Shown here one piece after another: positions 18,320 to 27,279 of a stretch of 64,000 bases of DNA (positions are counted from its first letter, which is position 1; every line of letters begins with the position of its first letter). The stretch is taken from positions 41,900 through 105,899 of the forward strand of contig JAZSGZ010000013.1 of assembly GCA_045532945.1 (NCBI GenBank), in the 5' to 3' direction. The notes beneath the pieces are model-generated. The model ran no database searches, had not been told where the DNA came from, and saw nothing but the letters and a program-made list of their open reading frames with translations. The position numbers and the translations under genes were made by a program. The DNA comes from Acutalibacteraceae bacterium. Lineage in GTDB: Bacteria > Bacillota > Clostridia > Oscillospirales > Acutalibacteraceae.

Positions 18320-20649
18320 CTGTAGGCACAAAGGGTTAAATGTTTCTGCTTTAAAAGCAATTGCATTTTTTTCAAGACCATTATGCTCAAGATATGACAA
18401 CATTTCTTCGTCAATAGGCTCTCTTTTTAATATTGTTAAAATTAAATTGGCTAGCATTTCATTAATGGTTAAATTGTGTTCTCTGGAAATTTTAATGGTT
18501 TTAATCAAAAGATTAATTTGCTCATTTTTGCAATTGTTATATATAAATTTAATAGCATCATACTCAGTTAAGATAATTCCTATATAAGACATAGTTTCTA
18601 AGTTTTTATCGCCATTTTTGTGAGAAAAATCTATTGCCTTACAATAATTATCTATCGCTTTATTGTGTTCTTGCATAAAACGATAGTATTCTCCTAACTC
18701 AAAATACATTGTATATATTAATCTTTTTTTTAGTTTTTCGTATCCAAGGAAAGCTTGTTCTAGTTGACCTTTTGCTTGTGTAGGAATATTTCCAGGGGTA
18801 CTATTGGAAATAAGGTATCTTGTATGATTCCTATAATATAATAATTTCGCGGCATTATCATTGTTCTTATTAATTAGAGCAAGAGTTTCTGTAAACATCT
18901 CTTCCAAGTTTTGATATCTTGTTTCTTTAGCAAAAAGATGTGGGTTAGACATATAAATAATGGTTAATTCCAAGTTAATTGTAAGTATTAATTTGGAAGA
19001 GTTTAAACTATTCGCTATTTCTAAAGCTCTGAAATAATAAATAATCGCATCTGAATAACACCCTATGTGTCTAAATGAGTGTGCGATTTTCATATCTATT
19101 GTCATTTCGAAATTTCTATCACAATTACTGGTTCCATTGATTTTGGATAGTATTATTTGAAACCAATATATTGCAGTATCATACATGCTTTGTAAATGAA
19201 ATAAATCAGCTAATTGAATGGCTAAATCTAATTGACCCATTTCAACAGCATAAGATATTAATATCCCTTCATTATCAAAAAATCTTTTTGCCGTAGGATA
19301 ATCACCTACACTTAATAATGCTAATATAAACCCATGTGCTATTTTATAATACATGTCATCTTTTATATTTTGATTACCATCTCGAAAGTAATGATTCCCA
19401 AAAGATATCAAAAACATATATTGTTCTTTCTGTATTGACTCATCTATACATTTGATGATTAAATTTTTATATGATGACAGATCCCTTCTCTTTAATAAAA
19501 CAGAATAGATGGAACAACTTTGTATATTTTTTCCCTTTTCATAAAAAAACAACAACCTTTTAATATCTTCATAATAAGAGAATTGAACAATGTTGTAAGT
19601 TATGTAGTCTCTTATAATATCATGCATTTTGATTGTTTTTTTGAATTCATTATATTTTATAAGAGAATACGAATTTATTTTTTTTAAAACTCTCATATTT
19701 GTATTAATTCTATTATCAAAGTTTGTTAGGAATGATACTTCAATTTCGGTATTAACCAAACTTAACAGCGCAATGTAAACTATAACCAAAGCTAAATTTG
19801 AATCTTCTCTTTTTAGATCATAAAATATTTTATCAATGTATTCATTATAAAATTCTCTATTGCAATGATCATCGTTTGAAATCATTAAATCAACCATTAT
19901 TGGTAAACCATTAGAACCTTCACATATTTCCTTTAGTACTTCAGGAGAAAGTTTCTTTTGACATTTTTTCGCGTACTCGTCTATGTCATCTACTTTAAAC
20001 TCTATTATTTCTATCTTCGGTTTATCATTACCTGATTTTGGAAGTGATAGTTTTTCTATAGAACCTAAAACAAAAACAAATTTTAAAGAGTAAGGTTGTA
20101 CATTTTTAATTAAATCTTCCACTGCGTTTTCGGTACATTTATTTGTAATGTTATCTAAAACAATTATAATCTTTTTATAAAAAAAAGAAGTTCTTAACAT
20201 TGTCTTTATTGCATTGTCAAGATTTTTGCTTTTTCCATTAGACAATATTTCGACAAGTTTATTAGTTAAAATATCATCACCTTCAATATTATTTACTTCA
20301 TAATAAATAACTTTTGTTCTTAATCTATCTATATAACTATAAGTCTTCTTTAGTTTTTTTAGTTCGGAACTTTTAATGGATATTTTATTGTTGATAAAAT
20401 CAGATACATACTTTAGAAAATAAGTTTTTCCTACACCTTTTTCCCATACACATTTATTATCTTTTTATCAGATTTGATCATTTGTATAAGAGTGATAATT
20501 TGATAATTCCTATCCGTGAATTTCTCATGTTCTACAAGTTGTCTTTTAGTTGTTTTAACAATGAATTTGCTAATAATCCCCAAAATAGTCAATACAGAAA
20601 CAACGCATGCTAATATTTTATAAACTGTATCTATGGAATTGATTTGCAT
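18305..20649 (-). pseudogene. membrane-anchored STAND-like P-loop NTPase with C-terminal TPR array; frameshifted within the Walker A motif
   Basis: The 87-aa ORF (TM helix, ends ...INVYGKKV*) and the 646-aa ORF frame (open from 20464, reads GVGKTYFL...) join into GKKGVGKT if one base is added at the A5 run (T5 on + strand, 20438-20442). Walker B IIIVLDN. Multiple TPR-like repeats. Alternative starts at 20667 and 20694. Confidence 0.65.
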
Positions 20650-20681
20650 GTTACAACCCTCTTTCATAAAATCCAATACTG

Positions 20682-20710
20682 TAAGAGATAACAAATAGTT
20701 ATCCTTTAAA
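20682..20710 (-). repeat. 29-bp dyad-symmetric site, copy 2 (inverted)
   Basis: taagagataacaaatagttatcctttaaa, a perfect inverted copy of 17031-17059. Confidence 0.85.
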
Positions 20711-20780
20711 TTTTATTTATGTACACTCGACAAGACAAGGTTTTTCCGTCATAATTACATAAAAAACGGAGGTTTTGTCA

Positions 20781-21683
20781 GTGAGTTTACAATCTGAAAT
20801 TAACAACTATATTGCAGTTTGCGAAAATCTCAAAGGTTTAAGTAAACTGACAATAAAGGCATATAAGATTGATTTAAAACAATATCAAGATTATGCCAAT
20901 GATTTAGACTGGCTTTCTAAAGAGTGTATGACCACATACATCGACCATTTATATAAAGCTTACAGTCCTAAAAGTGCTAAAAGAAAAATAGCATGTCTAA
21001 AAGCATTTTATAGATATCTGGAAATGGAAGACATCATAGAATACAATCCATTTCACAAAATAAAAATCAAATATAAAGAACCAATTGTATTGCCAAAGAC
21101 CATTTCATTAAACGATATAAAGAATATATTGATTTTTTCGTATAATCAAAAAGAAAACAGTAAAACAGACATTCAAAAAGAAACAAGATTACGGGATGTA
21201 TTAATTTTAGAAATGTTATTTTCAACGGGAATGCGTGTATCTGAAATTTCACACTTATCTGTTGATGATATCAATTTGATTGACGGTACAATTCGTATAT
21301 TTGGTAAAGGGTCAAAGGAAAGAATAATGTGTCTTACAAATGAATCTGTTCTCGAACTCTTAAGTGAATATATAAACACTCAAAATAAAACATCAAGCTA
21401 TATGTTTACAAACCGTTTAGGAAACAGGTTGTCCGAACAGTCAATAAGAAACATGGTAAACCACTATGCCTGCGCAGCCGGTGTAACGCAACACATAACG
21501 CCTCATATGTTCCGTCACACCTTTGCCACGGCTCTGCATGATGAAGATGTAGATATTAGGTATATTCAACAACTGCTTGGCCACAGTTCAATTTCAACAA
21601 CCCAAATCTACACTCACATCAGTACAAACAAAATACATAAGCTTCTTGAAGAAAAACACCCAAGAAACAAAATATTAATTTGA
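20781..21683 (+). CDS. XerC/XerD-like tyrosine recombinase
   Basis: C-terminal catalytic region HMFRHTFATAL...LLGHSSISTTQIYTH (R-H-R-Y family). GTG 20781 lies 8 nt after GGAGG; the track start is TTG 20775. Confidence 0.85.
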   Translation: MSLQSEINNYIAVCENLKGLSKLTIKAYKIDLKQYQDYANDLDWLSKECMTTYIDHLYKAYSPKSAKRKIACLKAFYRYLEMEDIIEYNPFHKIKIKYKEPIVLPKTISLNDIKNILIFSYNQKENSKTDIQKETRLRDVLILEMLFSTGMRVSEISHLSVDDINLIDGTIRIFGKGSKERIMCLTNESVLELLSEYINTQNKTSSYMFTNRLGNRLSEQSIRNMVNHYACAAGVTQHITPHMFRHTFATALHDEDVDIRYIQQLLGHSSISTTQIYTHISTNKIHKLLEEKHPRNKILI

Positions 21684-21690
21684 TTTATGA

Positions 21691-21730
21691 ACCTTCTACA
21701 CAATTGTTGTGTGGAAGGTGTTTTTTCTTT
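21691..21730 (+). terminator. rho-independent terminator
   Basis: 12-bp stem accttctacaca / tgtgtggaaggt (one G-U pair) followed by a T-run. Confidence 0.75.
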
Positions 21731-21756
21731 TAAAGGATAATATTTAATTATCTATT
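21728..21756 (+). repeat. degenerate third copy of the dyad site (direct relative to copy 1)
   Basis: tttaaaggataatatttaattatctatta matches copy 1 at about 23/29 positions. The 16-mer ttcttttaaaggataa (21725-21740) is identical to 17027-17042. Confidence 0.6.
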
Positions 21757-21769
21757 AATGAGGTGCAAA

Positions 21770-24451
21770 ATGAAGGTATTAAAAATCAATTCTATCGGAG
21801 GGCTATATCACGAAATGTTTGAACCTGATCCTGAGTTCTTTTGCTCAAAAATCAATGTGTCGAACTGCTTTATTGATGCAAACTCATTTTTTTGGTCAAA
21901 ACATTTTTCTGTATCAAAAATTAATGAACTAATAGATGTGTTATCTTTTAATAAGTCTAACATTTATAGCTTTTGTCCTCAATATAAGGCTGTTTTATCC
22001 AATCGTGAGCTCTTTGTACAAAAAGTAGTTGAAGCACCTAAAAAACTGTGTTATGAAGCTAACACTCCCCAAGAGTTTTTTTCGTGTTTAGAAACTATTT
22101 CGATATTGTGTAAACTATATTCAGATTTTGAATATTTTCCTTTTAACCTAAACATACAAAATGGATTTAATTTAAATGAAAACAATTCATATGAAATTTA
22201 TAACAATTGCCTTAATCCTAAAAAAAATCCATACTATAATTTTGTTGTTGAAGAAATAATCCCTATAATTAAAGAAAATAATCCAGATATATTATTCCTT
22301 TATGGTCAAATGAGTTATTATTTTGCAACTTTATCTTTATTAATTAAGCAATTTAATCCACAAATTCATATTTGTTTATCAAGGCACTCATCGGAATACT
22401 ATTCGATGAACAAAATCATTCCACTTTTAAAGCAAAACAAATATCTTTTCAAAATAATTGACAGTATTATTCTTGACTCATTCGAAGAAACAGAAGGAAA
22501 ATTAATTTCCTCATTGAAGAACAATGAACGCATTGATTGTGTTCCTAATATTTTATTTATCAATGACAGCAAAGAAATAATTGAGACTAACTTCTCTGAA
22601 CCTTGTTTCACAAATGATTATTCAATTTATAAAAGGATGCATAACGAAAAAAACACCAACAAGAAAGTTTATGATATTCATTTTGATCCATATATAAAAT
22701 GTCATTGGGATAAGTGTTCATTTTGTGGTATTAACAAAAAATACCGTAATAGAGATTTGTGTTATTCTGAACAAACTTTCAATAGAAAAGCTACTAGTCT
22801 TAATTTGTTGTCTCAAGAATGCGACTATTTGTGGTTTATAGATGAAGCGTTATCACCAGACAAGTTGAGAAATATAGCTGTTAGTTTTATTAATGCAAAA
22901 ACTGGTTTTAAATGGCAAGCTAGATGTCGAGCGGATTATGGTTTGCTTGAGAATGGTTTGCTTGAGAATGGTCTGCCAGAATTACTAGCTAAATCTGGAT
23001 TAAGAGAACTTCGCATAGGATTAGAATCCGGCTCTTATAAGGTACTTAAACTCATGAATAAATTTGATGAAAATTTTAATTTGAGTTTAATAGAATCTAT
23101 TGTTTCGACATACGAAAAAAATGGAATATCTATACACTGTCCTATGATAATAGGATTCCCACAAGAAGAAGATATCGACCGTCAGTATACTTATGAGTTT
23201 TTGTTAAAGCTTTCAAAGAGCCATCCTTCATTTACATTCAATTTAAATATTCTAAATTTAGATGTAAGTAGTGAACTATATAAAAATTGGGCAAATTATC
23301 AACTTGATAAATTGGAGTATCCTTGTGAGCCACAATATTTTTTGGGAAATTCGATTGCGTGGATTGATAGCCTTAAACATAACAAATTATCAATAGATGT
23401 AAATAATTTTATGCGAGAGGTACTTTTTCCATGGATACCTGCTGATTCCTTAATATCGCCTACTATATTTTATCGGTTATGCGAAACCAGTAGAAACACC
23501 CTTCGATGGAAATCTATAGGTACTTGGTATAAAAGCAAACAATTATTTTCTTCAGATATGAATTTAACATTATCGAATAAAGTTTCGATTAGTCAAAGCG
23601 AAGATAGAGTGTTTTTTTATCAATGGAACTCACATCACTATTTACATGGAAACACCTATCTTTATAATTTGCTTGTTGAATTCAAAATAAGCTCTAAGGT
23701 TTCAAAAGTAATTAATAAATTAAATGGTCTTGATCCTAACGTGTATGTAAAAGAAGAGTTAATTTCATTAATAAACAAATTGTTTGAGTTCGGTTTTTTA
23801 GAAGGAGAGTATATTTTTAGTGATTTAAAAAATCTTGGTGATATAGAAAAGGCATATGACTCTATATATCAAGAGGGAAACCTTATATATAAAATTGAAC
23901 CAGATAGATTATTAATAGATTGGCAAAATATTCTCGTTCCAGGTCAAGCTTTAGAATTAGGTGTAGGCTTGGGAAAAAACATAGATTTTCTTTTAGATAA
24001 AGGTTTTTCTGTAACTGGTGTGGATATTTCATCCGTAGCTATAGAAAAGCTAAATAAAAAGTACCATAGCTCCAATTGTTCTTTTTTTGTAAACAATATA
24101 AATACTTTTGAAATTCCTCGTGAAAAATATTCATTAATTATATGTTCTTTAGTTTTATCATATCTAAACGATACTGAACTCATTCTTTTATCTAATAAGA
24201 TTAAAAATGGTTTGTGTAAAGGAGGATTCTTTTATCTAACTGATTTGTCAGAAAGAGATCCTCTTTCTATAAAGCCAAACAATCAAACAACCGATCATAG
24301 GAATTTTTTTAGTTGTTCAAAAATTCAAAGTTTATTTAAAGAATTGGATATCATTGAGTTGAGCGATGTTTATAGAAAAAATCCGCATAGGATTGGCTGT
24401 GAAAATGCTTTTGGACTTATTAACTATTTAGGTTATAAACCCAAGTCATAA
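21770..24451 (+). CDS. fusion protein: B12-binding-like N-domain, radical SAM core and class I SAM-dependent methyltransferase
   Basis: Cys triad KCHWDKCSFCG has Cx4Cx2C spacing, confirmed from codons at about 22699-22728. C-terminal motif I LELGVGLGKN and LIICSLVLSYL indicate a Rossmann methyltransferase. ATG 21770 follows GAGGTG. Confidence 0.6.
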   Translation: MKVLKINSIGGLYHEMFEPDPEFFCSKINVSNCFIDANSFFWSKHFSVSKINELIDVLSFNKSNIYSFCPQYKAVLSNRELFVQKVVEAPKKLCYEANTPQEFFSCLETISILCKLYSDFEYFPFNLNIQNGFNLNENNSYEIYNNCLNPKKNPYYNFVVEEIIPIIKENNPDILFLYGQMSYYFATLSLLIKQFNPQIHICLSRHSSEYYSMNKIIPLLKQNKYLFKIIDSIILDSFEETEGKLISSLKNNERIDCVPNILFINDSKEIIETNFSEPCFTNDYSIYKRMHNEKNTNKKVYDIHFDPYIKCHWDKCSFCGINKKYRNRDLCYSEQTFNRKATSLNLLSQECDYLWFIDEALSPDKLRNIAVSFINAKTGFKWQARCRADYGLLENGLLENGLPELLAKSGLRELRIGLESGSYKVLKLMNKFDENFNLSLIESIVSTYEKNGISIHCPMIIGFPQEEDIDRQYTYEFLLKLSKSHPSFTFNLNILNLDVSSELYKNWANYQLDKLEYPCEPQYFLGNSIAWIDSLKHNKLSIDVNNFMREVLFPWIPADSLISPTIFYRLCETSRNTLRWKSIGTWYKSKQLFSSDMNLTLSNKVSISQSEDRVFFYQWNSHHYLHGNTYLYNLLVEFKISSKVSKVINKLNGLDPNVYVKEELISLINKLFEFGFLEGEYIFSDLKNLGDIEKAYDSIYQEGNLIYKIEPDRLLIDWQNILVPGQALELGVGLGKNIDFLLDKGFSVTGVDISSVAIEKLNKKYHSSNCSFFVNNINTFEIPREKYSLIICSLVLSYLNDTELILLSNKIKNGLCKGGFFYLTDLSERDPLSIKPNNQTTDHRNFFSCSKIQSLFKELDIIELSDVYRKNPHRIGCENAFGLINYLGYKPKS

Positions 24452-24464
24452 GGAGGTGAATTAA

Positions 24465-24626
24465 ATGAAAAAAGTTGGAATAGAAGTGGAGTTTGATGGA
24501 AAAGCTATAAACTTGACTTCTAAAGACTCCGCCTCTGTTATTGTTGCAACTCCTGCAACTGGCGGTGGCGGTGGCGGAAATAGCGGTGGCGGAAATAACG
24601 GCACCAACAACGGTGGTGGGAAATAA
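24465..24626 (+). CDS. 53-aa Gly/Asn-rich peptide, candidate RiPP precursor (not in ORF track)
   Basis: AGGAGG at 24451-24456, ATG at 24465. Sequence MKKVGIEVEFDGKAINLTSKDSASVIVATPATGGGGGGNSGGGNNGTNNGGGK, stop TAA 24624-24626. Lies 13 nt after the rSAM/MT stop. Confidence 0.6.
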   Translation: MKKVGIEVEFDGKAINLTSKDSASVIVATPATGGGGGGNSGGGNNGTNNGGGK

Positions 24627-24646
24627 CACTACCTACCCAAAACTCA

Positions 24647-24677
24647 GGGTGAAAAGGATTATTAAACCTTTTCACCC
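24647..24677. terminator. bidirectional terminator hairpin between convergent genes
   Basis: 11-bp stem gggtgaaaagg / ccttttcaccc. Overlaps the 3' end of the pentapeptide-repeat gene. Confidence 0.65.
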
Positions 24678-26284
24678 GATGAATCGTCATCATTTTCTTC
24701 AACTATTTCAATATAATATTCGCGTAATGGCAATGATTCCTCGTCAGGACTATTTAATTCAATTTTAATGGATTTAATGTTTTCTTTGATTATTGATGGA
24801 ACTAAGAGTTTCTTTTTGGGTTGTTCCTCAAGTTGCTTTTTGCGTTCTTCTAATTTTAAAATTGACATTTCAGTTTCTATCTGTTTACTTTTAATTTTTT
24901 CTTGTAATAAAGCGTTTTCAAGATGTGCTTTTTTTACATTAGCATCTTGTAAAACTTTTTCCGTTCTCGCTGATTGATATTCTTTGTAGACCGTTAAAAG
25001 ATGTTTAACAAATTTTATTGCAGTAGTTGAATAAGCACAAAATTGAATGAAATCTATTATGTATTCATATAGATTAAAAACGGAATCGCTTAAAAAGAAT
25101 TCAAACAACGGAGGTGAATTATGTCTAACACTAAAGTAATAGTTGCTTTGAGGCAAAACTTGTTTGACTGTTGTTTCAAATAATTCTATAAAACATATCC
25201 AACTATTATAATCCTCAGAATTAAAATTTGTATGACAAGTTATTGTCATTTGAGGCATTGAAAAAGGATTATCAATAAGTAATTTTTTGATTTCTAAAAC
25301 TTCATGTAGGTATATCTGATATTCATGATTATTCATTTCCGCTATGTGACTGTTAAATATGATTGCATTATATAATTTTTTTAAGTTTTCTTTTGTAAAG
25401 AAGTAATTTATAGAAGATAATTTGCAAAGATAACGTATGGTTCTAAAGTCTCTTTCTTTAAGAGCTTTATCTAATCCCATAAGAATATAAACCAATGCTT
25501 TTTCTTGATGTCCAAGAAATATATTTATATTAGCAAGTGCAAAAAATTCTTCTTTTTTATATAAATATGGTTGTATAGGTATGAGCAAATCAAAAAATTC
25601 ATTAACTTGAATTTCTTTGCCGGCTGCAGCATATTTTATTGTTACGTTCATGTTATCCTTTAACTCTAGTAACAATCCAAAGGATTTTAAAATTCCCCAA
25701 AAAGGCAAAACAACTCCATTAAATATAGGACTTACAAATGTTGAATATTCCAAATTCCCATGAATTAAATCGCATTGTTCAAAAACACAATTTTTAAACT
25801 GTGCATTTTCAAACGAGCAATGAGCAAATTCTGAACAAACAAATTTGCTTCCTACAAAATAGCCTTCATCAAAAACACTTGCATTAGCAAGAAAATGATT
25901 AAATTCAACGCCTGAAAAGTTTGATTTGTTACATCCACAATTATCAAAAAAACACATGTTTAAAAATTTAGAGTTTGAAAAATCACTACTTGTCATTCCT
26001 GAATCCTTAAAACGAGTTTCATTAAATGTACAGTTAATGATCTTTGAAGAAATACCATTTATTCCATCAAAGTGAACTTTGTTAAATACACTATTATAAA
26101 ATTGAGGTTGCTTAACACACTGACCTTGATAATCTGCTCCAATCACGGAGTCCGCAATATATGCAGATACATAATCATTACCTGAAAAATTACTAGGGTC
26201 TAGACTCTTCATTATATTTTCAGCGTTAATGTATTCAATTTGAGAAAAACCCTCATTGCTATTGAAGAAATCTAAATTACTCAT
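24662..26284 (-). CDS. pentapeptide-repeat protein with helical/coiled-coil C-terminal region and acidic tail
   Basis: Residues about 60-190 are tandem pentapeptides (FNKVHFDGINGISSKIINCTFNETRFKDSGMTSSDFSNSKFLN...FENAQFKNCVFEQCDL). The C-terminus has a KQ/E-rich coiled coil and EENDDDSSGEKV. Confidence 0.75.
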   Translation of the reverse strand: MSNLDFFNSNEGFSQIEYINAENIMKSLDPSNFSGNDYVSAYIADSVIGADYQGQCVKQPQFYNSVFNKVHFDGINGISSKIINCTFNETRFKDSGMTSSDFSNSKFLNMCFFDNCGCNKSNFSGVEFNHFLANASVFDEGYFVGSKFVCSEFAHCSFENAQFKNCVFEQCDLIHGNLEYSTFVSPIFNGVVLPFWGILKSFGLLLELKDNMNVTIKYAAAGKEIQVNEFFDLLIPIQPYLYKKEEFFALANINIFLGHQEKALVYILMGLDKALKERDFRTIRYLCKLSSINYFFTKENLKKLYNAIIFNSHIAEMNNHEYQIYLHEVLEIKKLLIDNPFSMPQMTITCHTNFNSEDYNSWICFIELFETTVKQVLPQSNYYFSVRHNSPPLFEFFLSDSVFNLYEYIIDFIQFCAYSTTAIKFVKHLLTVYKEYQSARTEKVLQDANVKKAHLENALLQEKIKSKQIETEMSILKLEERKKQLEEQPKKKLLVPSIIKENIKSIKIELNSPDEESLPLREYYIEIVEENDDDSSGEKV

Positions 26285-26331
26285 AAAACCTCCATGATAA
26301 TTAAATATTATCCTTTATTTGTTTTTAATTT

Positions 26332-27108
26332 TTACTTATATAGTTTTTCATCGATTAATAATTCACTTTTAAGATCATCATAATTACCGTACAATGATTC
26401 TATTGTGTTGTTATAATACTTTGCGTACCAAATATATTTACTATAAATATTATCCCTGTCTTTTGTTTCTATTAGATTTTTAATAATTGAAGATTTAATT
26501 TCGTTAAGATAATATGGATATTCTTCTGGAACATCTAATTCTTCATGCTGAGATAAAAAATCTAAATATATTTGTTTATCTTCTTCATCTTGTTTTAATA
26601 AACTTCTTAGATATTCTGCTTCTTCTTCACATGTATTAGCATATCCGGGTGATTTTAATCCATTGGCAATAGCTATAGTATCCACAATAATTCTAGGCGT
26701 GATGGCATGATTTTGCTCCATTTCATATGCAGTAATCATAGCAGGACCAAAACAAACATTTCTCTTGTGATACAATAAACCAAAAGTTACGCCACCACGA
26801 ACAAAAATCCCATTAATATTAAGTTGCAAACAAATAAATACTAAATCCATTAACAAGAAAAATAGTCCACCTCTGGTGTCACCAGGATATGATATAACTA
26901 TGCTATCAGAAAATACAGAAACTTCCTTTTTGGTTGTATCATATTGAGCAAGAAAACCATGATAATTTTCATTCCTAACTTCTGATATATAATTCAAAGC
27001 ATTGCTTATAGTTTCAAAATCGCTATTATCTTGTGTTGTTTTTTGCACTAAATCTTTAAACCCTAAAATATCTAAAAATACAATAAATCTATTTTCGTAA
27101 GACTTCAT
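26332..27108 (-). CDS. class III nucleotidyl-cyclase-like protein (stand-alone)
   Basis: Four motifs match the cyclase homology domain: FIVFLDILGFKDLV (FADIVGFT), VFSDSIVISY (IGDAxM), VRGGVTFGLLY (RIGIHTG) and FGPAMITAYEME (GxxVNxAARLE). ATG 27108 follows GGAG; the track N-terminal extension runs into the promoter repeat. Confidence 0.45.
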   Translation of the reverse strand: MKSYENRFIVFLDILGFKDLVQKTTQDNSDFETISNALNYISEVRNENYHGFLAQYDTTKKEVSVFSDSIVISYPGDTRGGLFFLLMDLVFICLQLNINGIFVRGGVTFGLLYHKRNVCFGPAMITAYEMEQNHAITPRIIVDTIAIANGLKSPGYANTCEEEAEYLRSLLKQDEEDKQIYLDFLSQHEELDVPEEYPYYLNEIKSSIIKNLIETKDRDNIYSKYIWYAKYYNNTIESLYGNYDDLKSELLIDEKLYK

Positions 27109-27159
27109 TTCAAATATCTCCTTAAAATTAATACTTACATCAGTGAAGATGTGCAAAAT

Positions 27160-27262
27160 TGTTCTACTTATATATGACAAATTTCGCGAAATACTTCAAA
27201 AAATTTTTGTGATTTTTATCTTTTCTACTTTTTGCACAAAATGATGTTGCGAAAATTGTCGA
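27160..27262 (-). promoter_or_regulatory. conserved promoter-like element, copy A
   Basis: In gene orientation: TTTTGTGCAAAAAGTAGAAA box, A/T tract, TTGAAGTATTT, then GTCATATATAA. Homologous to 28582-28690 and 44965-45044. Confidence 0.6.
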
Positions 27263-27279
27263 AAATTGCTATGTATCAG

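Noticed and set aside
24555-24620. Short ggcggtggc / ggaaat repeats resembling a micro-repeat array
   Set aside because: They are the codons of the poly-Gly/Asn core of the 53-aa peptide (low-complexity coding). This is not a CRISPR or VNTR array, and no spacer-repeat periodicity occurs anywhere in the window.
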